A stretch of DNA of 64,000 nt, from the NCBI GenBank assembly GCA_038207085.1, contig JBBRAE010000005.1, forward strand, positions 91,347 to 155,346, written 5' to 3'. The translations under genes were made by a program, and so were the position numbers. The first letter of the stretch is position 1. Each line of letters begins with the position of its first letter. The notes beneath the pieces are model-generated. The model was not told where the DNA came from, did not search any database, and saw nothing but the letters and a program-made list of their open reading frames with translations. Positions 51,128 through 60,439 of the stretch are shown piece by piece. Source of the DNA: Armatimonadota bacterium (GTDB lineage: Bacteria; Armatimonadota; UBA5829; DTLH01).

Positions 51128-52123
51128 CTAGAAAATCCCCGCTTTCAGGAGGTCCTTCAGCATCAAGACGCCGATGGGGTGGCCATGCTCGTCAACGACC
51201 GGAATTTCACCGATCTGCCGCTCTCCATTGTCCATCATCCCCAGCCCTTCGGCTGCCAGGCGCTCGGAGTCGACCGTCATCGGCGCTCGGTTCATCGCGT
51301 CCGAGGCCCTGCTCTTAAGCGCCCCTTCGTCTTTCAAAAGCGAACGCCGGATGTCGCCGTCGGTGATGAACCCCGCGAGCTTGCCGGTGCCGTCGATGAT
51401 ACACGCCGAGCCTGCGCCCGCGCGCGTGATGCCGAAAAGCACGTCGTGGAGGGTCGCGTCCTCACCCACAATCGCAAGCGCGTCGCCGGTGCGCATAACG
51501 TCCGAAACCCGAAGCAAGAGCCGCCGACCAAGCGACCCTGCGGGGTGTATCCTCGCGTAATCTTCCTTGGTGAAACGGCGGACCTGCATCACGGCGATCG
51601 CCAGGGTGTCGCCCATGGCAAGCTGCGCGGTGGTGCTCGCGGTCGGAGCGAGGTTCATCGGGCACGCCTCGCGCTCGACCTCGACGTCCAGCACCGATTC
51701 GGAGTATCGCGCGAGAGTCGAGCTCTTGTTGCCGACGATAGAAATAATCTTTGCGCCGATCCGTGCGATCACGGGCAGAATCGACGTCATCTCGTCGGAC
51801 TCGCCGCTGTAGGAGAGTGCGAGAAGCACATCGTCGCCTGTGACCATCCCAAGGTCGCCGTGGACCCCTTCAGCCGGGTGGAGGAACAGCGACGGCGTCC
51901 CGGTGCTCGAAAAAGTCCCCGCGAGCTTGCGCCCGATCGCGCCCGACTTGCCCATCCCGGTGATGACGAGCCTGCCCTTGCACTCAAGTATCAACTCGAC
52001 TGCTCGGACAAAATCGTCGCCGAGGCGGGCCGAAAGCGCGGCAACTGCGGCGGCCTCAATATCAAGCACCTCGCGCGCGCGAAATAAAATGCTAAGCTTA
52101 TCTATGTTTGGCAAGGTATCCAT
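51128..52123 (-). CDS. kdsD: Arabinose-5-phosphate isomerase (KpsF/GutQ; SIS + CBS)
   Basis: GMGKSG.IGRK.A.T.SSTG, HPAEG.HGDLG, EACP.NLAPT.ST, HPAGSLG. Confidence 0.95.
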   Translation of the reverse strand: MDTLPNIDKLSILFRAREVLDIEAAAVAALSARLGDDFVRAVELILECKGRLVITGMGKSGAIGRKLAGTFSSTGTPSLFLHPAEGVHGDLGMVTGDDVLLALSYSGESDEMTSILPVIARIGAKIISIVGNKSSTLARYSESVLDVEVEREACPMNLAPTASTTAQLAMGDTLAIAVMQVRRFTKEDYARIHPAGSLGRRLLLRVSDVMRTGDALAIVGEDATLHDVLFGITRAGAGSACIIDGTGKLAGFITDGDIRRSLLKDEGALKSRASDAMNRAPMTVDSERLAAEGLGMMDNGERQIGEIPVVDEHGHPIGVLMLKDLLKAGIF

Positions 52124-52196
52124 CGCGAGAATTATAACATAAAAATGAGTCGTCAGTCGCCAGTTGTAGGGTTAACGCATCTTGACAGGCAACCGA

Positions 52197-52342
52197 CGTA
52201 GTGGCCGTCCCGCCGCGGCGGCCATCGGCGCGGAACGCGCCGAACAAACAATGGAATTTCGTAGAGTTGCTCATTTGGAGCGCATTACACAGTTGGCGCA
52301 GCACCTTTGGTGCTGATGGCGGGCGCAGCGACCCGCCACTAC
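52197..52342 (+). repeat. Diverged family A core without family A TIRs
   Basis: GTAGTGGCC...TGGAATTTCGT...GCCACTAC with the same hairpin order as 21602-21744. Confidence 0.75.
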
Positions 52343-52512
52343 GGGCGTTCGGTGCTGCCCGACAGCTAAGATGCGTTCGCCCTGTCGCCAGTTGATAGTA
52401 GGTGAACTGCGGGACTTTGAGGAATAAAGAAAGAGCTATTAGCAATTAGCTCTTAGCAATCGATAGCTAACGGCTAAAAGCTAATAGCTAACTGCACTCC
52501 CAGGAGGTTAGG

Positions 52513-53622
52513 ATGAAAGACGGCAAGTTCGGTCTTGGAATAGTTGGAATGGGCGGCTTCGGCTTGTTTTTGCTTCGCGAATGGGCCAAGCTCAGTGATA
52601 TAGAGGTCGTCGCGGTGAGCGATGAGGACCCATCGCGCGCGCCTGAGGGGCCAAGCGACCTCAAGTTCTATCAGAGTTATTCGGATATGCTCGACGACCC
52701 CGAAGTCGATATCGTCTCGATATCGACTCCACCTTCAACGCACGTGCCTATGGCCTTGGAGGGGATCGCGAAGGGCAAGCATCTCCTGATCGAAAAACCG
52801 CTCGCGCTCTCGGTAGAGGACGGGCGTCGCATCGCCGAGGCTGCCCGTGAGGCCGGTGTCGTCGCGACCGTGAACTTTATGCTGCGTTTCGACCCGCTTG
52901 TGGAGGGAATGAAGCGAGTGATCGAGGCCGGAGTCTTCGGCAAACCCAGGCGCGTCGACCTGCGCAACTACGCAACCCAGGAGACGGTGCCGCCGGGCCA
53001 CTGGTTCTGGAACCAGAGCATCTCCGGCGGGATAATGATCGAGCACGGCGTGCATTTCTTCGATATGACAAGCTACATGACCGGCCTGCGCGCAACAAAC
53101 GTCGTTGGGGTGTCTTCGTGGCGCAACGACGAGCAGGAAGATAGAGTTTTCGCCGCAGTCAAGTTCGAAGAAGGGATGATCGGCACCTACTGGCACTCGT
53201 TCACGAGGCCCTTGCCGCTTGAGACGACGACTTTTCACATCGCGTTTGACCTGGGCGACGTGGAGATCGACGGCTGGATTCCGCTCACGGCCACGTTCAA
53301 GGGTTGGACCGACGAAGCAGGTGTCGCCGCCTTGCGCGAGCACCTCCCGGGTGTCGAACTCTCGATCGAGGACTTCACCCCGAGCACGGCTGGTTCGTCT
53401 GGTTTGACTTACCCGGTCTCAAAGAGCGTCCGAGGCCGCGCCCAGGTGGAGCAGCCCAAGCTCGAAGTCTACGGCAACCTGGTCCGAGCAAACCTGATGG
53501 ATGTAGTCGCCAAGATCAAAGACCCCACGCACAAGCTCAGGGTGAGCCTGGAAGACGGAATCGCTGCGGTCGGAATTGCTGAAAAGGCTACGGAGGCGAT
53601 CAAAGAAGGGGCAGAGCCGTAG
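52513..53622 (+). CDS. Gfo/Idh/MocA oxidoreductase
   Basis: GIVGMGGFG, VDIVSISTPP..H, KHLLIEKP, GGIMIEHGVHFFD. Confidence 0.92.
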   Translation: MKDGKFGLGIVGMGGFGLFLLREWAKLSDIEVVAVSDEDPSRAPEGPSDLKFYQSYSDMLDDPEVDIVSISTPPSTHVPMALEGIAKGKHLLIEKPLALSVEDGRRIAEAAREAGVVATVNFMLRFDPLVEGMKRVIEAGVFGKPRRVDLRNYATQETVPPGHWFWNQSISGGIMIEHGVHFFDMTSYMTGLRATNVVGVSSWRNDEQEDRVFAAVKFEEGMIGTYWHSFTRPLPLETTTFHIAFDLGDVEIDGWIPLTATFKGWTDEAGVAALREHLPGVELSIEDFTPSTAGSSGLTYPVSKSVRGRAQVEQPKLEVYGNLVRANLMDVVAKIKDPTHKLRVSLEDGIAAVGIAEKATEAIKEGAEP

Positions 53623-53670
53623 GGGGATTGGTGTGCCCGCCCTTTTCCCGATTGCGGTGGATGCTTGGGT

Positions 53671-53800
53671 TTAGCTTCCAGGGATTGGCCCGTATTGAGG
53701 GTTTGGGTGGAGCGCACGTTTCGAGAGCCTCAACGTGATTGGCTTTAGATGGATCAAATATAGGAGATGGTGGTCGCTCACCCTACTCTCGAAGAGTGCG
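53671..53800 (+). repeat. Palindromic element family D, copy 2
   Basis: Aligns with 43914-44040. Confidence 0.75.
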
Positions 53801-53901
53801 ATAGACAAATCAAAGGGCGTAATACAGATAATCACACTTGGTTACCTACACATACGATTCTGTTGTTTCCTGTTCATCGTTTCCTACTGTATAATATCCC
53901 C

Positions 53902-54576
53902 ATGCGAAAACCTATTGTTGCAATCGACGGCCCCGCTGGGTCTGGGAAAAGCACTGTCGCCAAACTCGTCGCTGAGAGGCTTGGCTATACCTATATCGAC
54001 ACCGGGGCGATGTACCGCGCTGTCGCGGTCAAGTCCATCGAGGCGGGGATTTCGGTTGACGAACCCGAAAAAGTCGTCGAGCTTGCGAGCTCGCTTGATA
54101 TCTCGTTTCAACACGTCGAGGGCAAGCGCCGCATCATCGTGGACGGCGACGACCTGACCGACGCCATCCGAACCCCTGAGGCCACGCAGCTTTCGAGCCC
54201 GGTTTCGGCGATTCCGGGAGTGCGCCACAGGCTCGTTGAACTCCAGCGGGCGATGGGCGATGGCGGCGGGGTTGTGATGGAGGGTCGCGACATCGGCACG
54301 TTCGTCTTCCCGCTGGCCGAGGTCAAGGTATTTCTCACCGCAAGTCCCGGGGAGCGCGCGCGGCGTCGTCTGAAAGATCTGGAGCGCGCTGGGGTGCAGT
54401 CCGACCTCGCGAAAGTGGAAGCAGACATCCGCGAGCGCGACGAACGCGACAGCTCGCGGGCGATGGCCCCGCTCAAGCAGGCCGATGACGCCGAACTCGT
54501 GCTTACCGACGGGATAACGATAGAACAGGTCGTCGACGCGGTGATCGCGGTTCACAACGGGAGGGTCAAGTGGTGA
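53902..54576 (+). CDS. cmk: Cytidylate kinase
   Basis: IAIDGPAGSGKST-like VAIDGPAGSGKST, DTGAMYR, EGRDIG, RD..D..R..APL. Confidence 0.97.
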   Translation: MRKPIVAIDGPAGSGKSTVAKLVAERLGYTYIDTGAMYRAVAVKSIEAGISVDEPEKVVELASSLDISFQHVEGKRRIIVDGDDLTDAIRTPEATQLSSPVSAIPGVRHRLVELQRAMGDGGGVVMEGRDIGTFVFPLAEVKVFLTASPGERARRRLKDLERAGVQSDLAKVEADIRERDERDSSRAMAPLKQADDAELVLTDGITIEQVVDAVIAVHNGRVKW

Positions 54577-55184
54577 TGTACCGAGTTTGCCGATTCCTAA
54601 GCCTTGTGACTTACAAAATTTTCGGACATTTCACCGTAGTTGGGGCTGAGAACGTGCCCAAGAGCGGCGGTGTGATTTTCACTCCGAACCATGTCAGCTT
54701 TGCCGACCCGCCCACCGTCGGCGCGGGGTGCCACAGGCAGGTCCACTACATGGCGAAATTGGAGCTGTTCAAGATCCCCGTGCTTGGGTTATTGATCAAA
54801 AGCCTCGGCGCGTACCCCGTCAAGCGCGGGACTGCTGACCGGACGGCGATCCGCAAGTCTATCGAGATCGTCGAGGGCGGCGGCTGCATCTGCATCTTCC
54901 CCGAGGGGACCCGCAGCAAGGATGGCAACCTCCAGCCCGCCGAGTCCGGCATCGGGATGATCGCGCTCAAGTCCCGCGGCACGGTAGTGCCGGTCGCCCT
55001 GATCGGCACCGACAATATGCTCCCCCCCCACTCGTTCTTCTTCCACTTCGCGAGGGTCAAGATCGTCTACGGCAAGCCGATCAGGTTCGAGGACCTCTAC
55101 GAAAAGGGCGGCCGCGAGGCAATAGACGAAGTAGGCAGACGCGTAATGGCCGCAATCGCTGAGCTCAAAGCCGCGCACGGTTAG
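54570..55184 (+). CDS. plsC: 1-acyl-sn-glycerol-3-phosphate acyltransferase
   Basis: NHVSFAD (HX4D), MAKLELF, FPEGTRS. Confidence 0.93.
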   Translation: MVMYRVCRFLSLVTYKIFGHFTVVGAENVPKSGGVIFTPNHVSFADPPTVGAGCHRQVHYMAKLELFKIPVLGLLIKSLGAYPVKRGTADRTAIRKSIEIVEGGGCICIFPEGTRSKDGNLQPAESGIGMIALKSRGTVVPVALIGTDNMLPPHSFFFHFARVKIVYGKPIRFEDLYEKGGREAIDEVGRRVMAAIAELKAAHG

Positions 55185-55194
55185 GCTATGATCG

Positions 55195-55214
55195 CGGGGG
55201 AGATTCCTCCCCCG
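55195..55214 (+). terminator. GC hairpin after plsC
   Basis: CGGGGGAG-ATTC-CTCCCCCG; no good T-tail. Confidence 0.4.
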
Positions 55215-55226
55215 AAAACCTGCCAC

Positions 55227-55390
55227 TATTGATGACCCTGTTTCGTGCTAATGCTGCTCTTTGGCATGAAGAGCAAGTGCGCACCTTTCGTCGTCTATCT
55301 CGCTTGTGGTTCGGACTCCCCATTTTCGCAAGAAACGAAGGGGGATGTGACCCGGCCGGTGATCTGGTATAATGCAGCCAGGAGTAACGA
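55227..55390 (+). repeat. Family E, copy 2, carrying TGGTATAAT and AGGAG upstream of dinB
   Basis: About 90% identical by eye to the reverse complement of 24263-24425. Confidence 0.85.
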
Positions 55391-55396
55391 GCGAAC

Positions 55397-56596
55397 TTGA
55401 ACACCCCCGAGAAAACTATCTTTCTTCTGGATATGGATGCGTTCTTCGCAAGCGTGGAAGAGCGTGAGAACCCTGACCTTGTGGGAAAGCCCGTCATCGT
55501 CGTCGGAAGCGCGAGCCCTCGCTCAGTGGTCTGCGCGGCGAACTATGCGGTGAGGAAGTTTGGGGTGCATTCGGCTATGTCGGTCAGCTTGGCGAAACGA
55601 CTATGTCCCCACGCCGAGGTCGTCACGGCGCGACCGAGCCTCTACCGTCAAGCATCAAAAAACGTATTCTCCATCTGCGAGACGTTCACCGACCTGCTTG
55701 AGATATCGTCGATCGATGAGTGCTATATGGATATGACACCCACCGAGGAGCGGTTCGGCGGAGCGCTTGAGGCAGCCCGGATGCTCAAAGAAAAGATACA
55801 AAAGACCGAGCGCCTGACCTGCACAATAGGCGTCGCTCCAAACAAGCTCCTTGCCAAGCTCGCCGCAGGGATGAACAAACCAAACGGACTGTTTCGTATA
55901 CTGCCCGCCGACATTCAGGGGATCCTTGCGACACTTCCACTTTCGGCGCTCCACGGAATCGGCAAGAAGACCGAGAGCAGGCTTATGTCTATGGGGTTCA
56001 CGAGCGCCGCTGACCTTGGACGGGCGGACAGAGTTCGGCTTCGCAGGGAGATCGGGGTCACGGGAGACCGACTCGTCGACATGGGGCAGGGTGTGGACGA
56101 TTCGCCGGTTGTCCCCTACTACGAACGGCCACCGGCTAAGTCGATCAGCCACGAGAGCACACTCTCAGAGGACACCGTGGACATCGAGCTGCTGAAGCGC
56201 AACCTCTACTATCTGTCGGAACGTGTGGCTCACAGGCTGAGAAAGCAGGGAGTTGCGGCAGGGACTCTCGGCCTTGTGCTGCGGTTTGGCGACCTGCGGA
56301 GGATCACACGAAGCCGCACCATCTCCGAGCCGACCGACGACGGGCTCGTGATCTATCAAAGCGTCCTGCCGCTCCTGGAGGAAGTACTAAAAACGCCAAT
56401 GCCGATCCGTCTGATCGGCGTCTCAGCGTCAAGTCTTGCCGGTGGCGTAACCCAACTGGGATTGTTTGAAGACTCCAAGCGGAGCTGCCTTATGGAAGTG
56501 GTGGATGAGGTAAACGAGAAGTTCGGCAAGACGGCGATCCGTCCGGCATCGCTCCTGAACGCAGATAAACGCGACCACATCACCTTCAAGGGGTGA
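55397..56596 (+). CDS. dinB: DNA polymerase IV
   Basis: DMDAFFASVE, CAANY..R.FGV.SAM, SIDE, NKLLAKLA, GIGKKT. Confidence 0.96.
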   Translation: MNTPEKTIFLLDMDAFFASVEERENPDLVGKPVIVVGSASPRSVVCAANYAVRKFGVHSAMSVSLAKRLCPHAEVVTARPSLYRQASKNVFSICETFTDLLEISSIDECYMDMTPTEERFGGALEAARMLKEKIQKTERLTCTIGVAPNKLLAKLAAGMNKPNGLFRILPADIQGILATLPLSALHGIGKKTESRLMSMGFTSAADLGRADRVRLRREIGVTGDRLVDMGQGVDDSPVVPYYERPPAKSISHESTLSEDTVDIELLKRNLYYLSERVAHRLRKQGVAAGTLGLVLRFGDLRRITRSRTISEPTDDGLVIYQSVLPLLEEVLKTPMPIRLIGVSASSLAGGVTQLGLFEDSKRSCLMEVVDEVNEKFGKTAIRPASLLNADKRDHITFKG

Positions 56597-56655
56597 ACAA
56601 CAGCCCTTCGTTCCAATCTTCCAGACATTCCTGCTTGGGTGTCTGTAATCATGGT

Positions 56656-56667
56656 ATCATATATGAT
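56656..56667. promoter_or_regulatory. Perfect palindrome ATCATATATGAT, probable RHH antitoxin operator
   Basis: About 27 nt upstream of the antitoxin ATG. Confidence 0.5.
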
Positions 56668-56693
56668 GTAACGCGTAATCCTGAGGCTAAGCA

Positions 56694-56942
56694 ATGGTAA
56701 GAACCCAGATACAACTGACCGAACGCCAATCCGAAGAACTGAAAAGACTCGCTACCGAGAACAAAGTGTCGGTAGCGGAGATCATCCGCAGCGCAGTCGA
56801 TGATGTGCTGGCCCACAGGCTGGCATCCGACAGGAACAAAATCAGACGTCGTGCAATGTCCGTAGTTGGCGCATTTACCTCTAAAGAAACTGACGTCTCG
56901 GAAAACCACGACAAGTATCTGTTGGAGGCCTACGAGCGTTGA
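56694..56942 (+). CDS. CopG/RHH antitoxin
   Basis: MVRTQIQLT..Q...LK..A......VAEIIR.AV; VSENHD.YL tail typical of antitoxins paired with PIN toxins. Confidence 0.85.
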   Translation: MVRTQIQLTERQSEELKRLATENKVSVAEIIRSAVDDVLAHRLASDRNKIRRRAMSVVGAFTSKETDVSENHDKYLLEAYER

Positions 56943-57114
56943 CGAGACGCTTCATAACACGGGGCTGATAGCAACACTTGCTTCCGGGCGCGGCAGCCCA
57001 AGCCTTGTCGACTGTGTAAGTTTCGCCGCAATGCGACGCCTCCACATCCGTGAGACCTTCGCCCTCGACAAACACTTCCAAGACCAGGGATTTGAATGTG
57101 CGCCTCTTCCCTAA
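56938..57114 (+). pseudogene. C-terminal half of a PIN/VapC toxin
   Basis: VDETLH...SLVDCVSFAAMRRLHIRETFALDKHF; no N-terminal half and no start codon. Confidence 0.8.
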
Positions 57115-57165
57115 ACCCAGCACAACCGCTATCATATACAAAAACTAACCAAAGAGGCTTTATCC

Positions 57166-60100
57166 GTGCTACATGACGATATTCAGAAGATGACGCTCCA
57201 CAAGCTCAAAAGCAGACACGCGGAGCTTGGAGCTGGCTCCATGTCTGGAGCGACCGGCGCCAAATGCATCCAGATGAGCAAGAACCTAAAGCGCCCCTGC
57301 TTCATCTACTCCAACATCACCCTGATCGAAGACATTCTGATCCGTGAGACAGAGGGCTTCGAGGACTACGCGGCCGGCGTTTCAGCAGCCGATTTTCGTC
57401 CGATCAAAACAGGAGATACCTGGGGCGCGGGGGTCGTGACCGGCTGGCTCAAGCTCCGGTTCACCCTACCCGAGTCGTTTGCCGGCAAACCCGCCGCCGC
57501 GCTTTTGAACCTCGGTTTGGAGGGCTGCGTATTCGAAAACGGCACGCCCGCGCAGGGGATCGACGTATTCCACGAAGAATTTCTCCTTGCCGAAAACGCC
57601 GAGGCAGGCAAGACCTATGAGTTTGTGGTCGAGGGCAGGCCTGGCGCGTTCTGGCTGGGTGATATGAACCCTGCGACCATCAAACGAGCCGAAATCGCGA
57701 CGATCAACCGCAAGGTCGAGCAGTATTGGTACGCTCTCGGGTTTCTGATCATGCTCGCCGAGCAGCTTCCCGAAACAAGCGTGCGCCGGGCAAAGCTGAT
57801 CCGTGGTATGGACGAGTCGGTCAAGCTGTTTGATTTTTCGAACCTCGACGAGTCAGCCCTAAGAGAGTCTGCGACCCGGGCATACTCGGCTCTCGCGCCG
57901 CTGCTCGACAAACCCGCCGATGCTAGCGCGCTTGAGTTCACCTGCTGCGGCCACTCGCACATAGACACCGCATGGCTTTGGCCCTATGCTGAGACGGTGC
58001 GAAAGTGCTCGCGAACGTTCTCGACCGTTGATCGGCTGATGGACCAGTTCCCAAACTACATCTTCAGCCAGAGCCAGCCCCAGCTCTACGAGTTCACCAA
58101 AGATGCATGGCCCGAGCTTTACGAGCGAATCAAGGCGCGCGTCGCAGAAGGCCGCTGGGAGCCGATCGGGGCGATGTGGGTCGAGCCCGACACCAACGTC
58201 ACAAGCGGCGAGTCGCTGGTTCGCCAGTGTCTGTTCGGCAAACGGTTCTTTGAGTCTGAGTTCGGGGTCGACACAAACGTGCTCTGGCTCCCGGACGTAT
58301 TCGGCTACTCGGCAGCGCTCCCTCAGATCCTGAAGAAAGCGGGCGTAGACTACTTTACGACGATCAAGCTCTCTTGGAGCCAGTTCAACAAGTTCCCGTA
58401 TTCGAGCTTCTGGTGGCAGGGGATCGACGGCACAAAGATTCTCACCCACTGCCCGCCAAACGGCGACTACAACAGCGAGATAATCCCGGTTCAGCTTCTC
58501 AAAAGCCAATCCGAGTACCGTGAAAAGGACCGCTCATCAATCGCTATGTTGCAGTACGGCTGGGGCGACGGCGGAGGCGGGGCGAACAAAGACCACCTGA
58601 CCCATCTCGATCTCGCCCGTGACCTTGAGGGGCTCCCGAAGCTCACGCCCGGGCGCGGACACGACTTTTTCGAGAAGCTCGACGCCGAGTCGGACACTTT
58701 CCCGACCTGGCAGGGCGAGCTCTATCTTGAGCTGCACCGGGGCACCTACACCACACAGGCGCGCACCAAGTATAACAACCGCAAGTGCGAGTTTATGCTC
58801 CGGGACGCGGAGATGCTCTCCTCGGTCGCGATGCTCCTTGGGCGCGACTACCCCCAGGACGATCTGAACCAGGCTTGGAAGATTCTTCTCAAGAACCAGT
58901 TCCACGACGTAATCCCCGGAAGCTCGGTCGCCGCAGTCTACAAGGACGCCGACGTCGACTACGCTGAGGTCAAGTCCCTTGCCGGAGCGGCGATAGAGCA
59001 GGCCGCCTCGTTCCTGATTGAGAACATCGACACCACAGGCGAGGGCCACCCGATCGTAGTCTTCAACACGCTTTCGGTTCCCAGAATGTCCGTCACATCG
59101 GTCGAACTCCCAGACGAAGGCGACTACGCGGTGGTCGACGGAGAAGGCGACCTCGTTCCCTCTCAAATCTCCACTGACGGCAAGCGAATCGGCTTTCTGG
59201 CATGCGCGCCGGGCTGCGGCTACATCACCTACCGCCTGATCGACGCTGACTTGATCGACACCGAAGAAGAAGACGTTGAAGTGGTCGAAGAAGAGGAGCA
59301 GGACGACTCCTGCGGGTGCGGCAGCGAATGCGGCTGTGGCCACCATCACGACGAGGAGCCCGAGCGTGAAGGTCTGTTGATCGTCACCCCGACCATCCTT
59401 GAAAACGACTTTTTCACCGTCGAGCTTGATGAGTCGGGTATGATCATCTCGATCTTCGACAAGGCAGCCGAGCGTGAGATCGTCCCCGAGGGAGCGAGAG
59501 CAAACGAGCTTCAACTGATGGAAGACAAACCGATCTACTACGAAGCTTGGGACGTTGACTTCTTCTTCGACGAGAAGACCCAGGTTCTCTCAGAGCTTGA
59601 GTCGATCGAAGTCGCAGAAGAAGGCCCGCTATTCGGATCACTCAGAGTCGTCCGCCGCTTCGGAGGCTCGCGAATCGAGCAAAAGATCGTGATCTACGCA
59701 GATATCCCAAGGCTCGACTTTGTGACCGAAGTGGACTGGCAGGAGCGCAAGATGATGCTCAAAGTCGCCTTCCCGGTCGATATCAATGCAGACAAGGCCC
59801 GCTACGAGATACAGTTCGGCAACGTGGAGCGCCCAACGCATGCGTCCACGAGCTGGGACTTCGCCAAGTTTGAGGTCTGCGGCCACAGGTGGGCTGACCT
59901 AAGTGAAGGCAACTACGGAGTGAGCCTGCTAAACGACTGCAAATACGGCCACGACATAAGGGACGGCGTAATGCGACTGACGCTGCTGCGCGGACCGGTC
60001 GACCCGGACCCGACAGCCGACCTCGGCCACCACAGGATGATCTACTCGATCTACCCGCACGCGGGCGACTATGCCGCAGGCGATACGATGTGGATGGCCT

Positions 60101-60426
60101 ACGACCTGAACGTGCCAATGCATGCCTTCCTGACCAGCCCGCACGAGGGGAAACTCCCGACTGAGGCGAGTTGGTTCACCGTAGACACCGACCACGTGGT
60201 CCTCGACACAATAAAAAAGGCAGAAGACGACAATGCAATCGTCATCCGCCTGTATGAAGCCTACAACCGCCGAGGCCCGGTGGGTATCAGAGCCGGTTTC
60301 CCGATTCAGTCCGCCGCCGAGTGCGATCTAATGGAGAAAAACCCAACCGAGCTCAACCTCGAAGAAAACGAGATGCGAATGGAGATGGCCCCATTCGAGA
60401 TTAAGACGGTGAAGATAAGTTACTAA
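57166..60426 (+). CDS. GH38 alpha-mannosidase
   Basis: GHSHIDTAWLWP, FSQSQ, GAMWVE, WLPDVFGY, GWGDGGGG, GELYLE.HRGT.T, NQFHDVIPGSS. Confidence 0.96.
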   Translation: MLHDDIQKMTLHKLKSRHAELGAGSMSGATGAKCIQMSKNLKRPCFIYSNITLIEDILIRETEGFEDYAAGVSAADFRPIKTGDTWGAGVVTGWLKLRFTLPESFAGKPAAALLNLGLEGCVFENGTPAQGIDVFHEEFLLAENAEAGKTYEFVVEGRPGAFWLGDMNPATIKRAEIATINRKVEQYWYALGFLIMLAEQLPETSVRRAKLIRGMDESVKLFDFSNLDESALRESATRAYSALAPLLDKPADASALEFTCCGHSHIDTAWLWPYAETVRKCSRTFSTVDRLMDQFPNYIFSQSQPQLYEFTKDAWPELYERIKARVAEGRWEPIGAMWVEPDTNVTSGESLVRQCLFGKRFFESEFGVDTNVLWLPDVFGYSAALPQILKKAGVDYFTTIKLSWSQFNKFPYSSFWWQGIDGTKILTHCPPNGDYNSEIIPVQLLKSQSEYREKDRSSIAMLQYGWGDGGGGANKDHLTHLDLARDLEGLPKLTPGRGHDFFEKLDAESDTFPTWQGELYLELHRGTYTTQARTKYNNRKCEFMLRDAEMLSSVAMLLGRDYPQDDLNQAWKILLKNQFHDVIPGSSVAAVYKDADVDYAEVKSLAGAAIEQAASFLIENIDTTGEGHPIVVFNTLSVPRMSVTSVELPDEGDYAVVDGEGDLVPSQISTDGKRIGFLACAPGCGYITYRLIDADLIDTEEEDVEVVEEEEQDDSCGCGSECGCGHHHDEEPEREGLLIVTPTILENDFFTVELDESGMIISIFDKAAEREIVPEGARANELQLMEDKPIYYEAWDVDFFFDEKTQVLSELESIEVAEEGPLFGSLRVVRRFGGSRIEQKIVIYADIPRLDFVTEVDWQERKMMLKVAFPVDINADKARYEIQFGNVERPTHASTSWDFAKFEVCGHRWADLSEGNYGVSLLNDCKYGHDIRDGVMRLTLLRGPVDPDPTADLGHHRMIYSIYPHAGDYAAGDTMWMAYDLNVPMHAFLTSPHEGKLPTEASWFTVDTDHVVLDTIKKAEDDNAIVIRLYEAYNRRGPVGIRAGFPIQSAAECDLMEKNPTELNLEENEMRMEMAPFEIKTVKISY

Positions 60427-60439
60427 CTGCCGGTATTGC

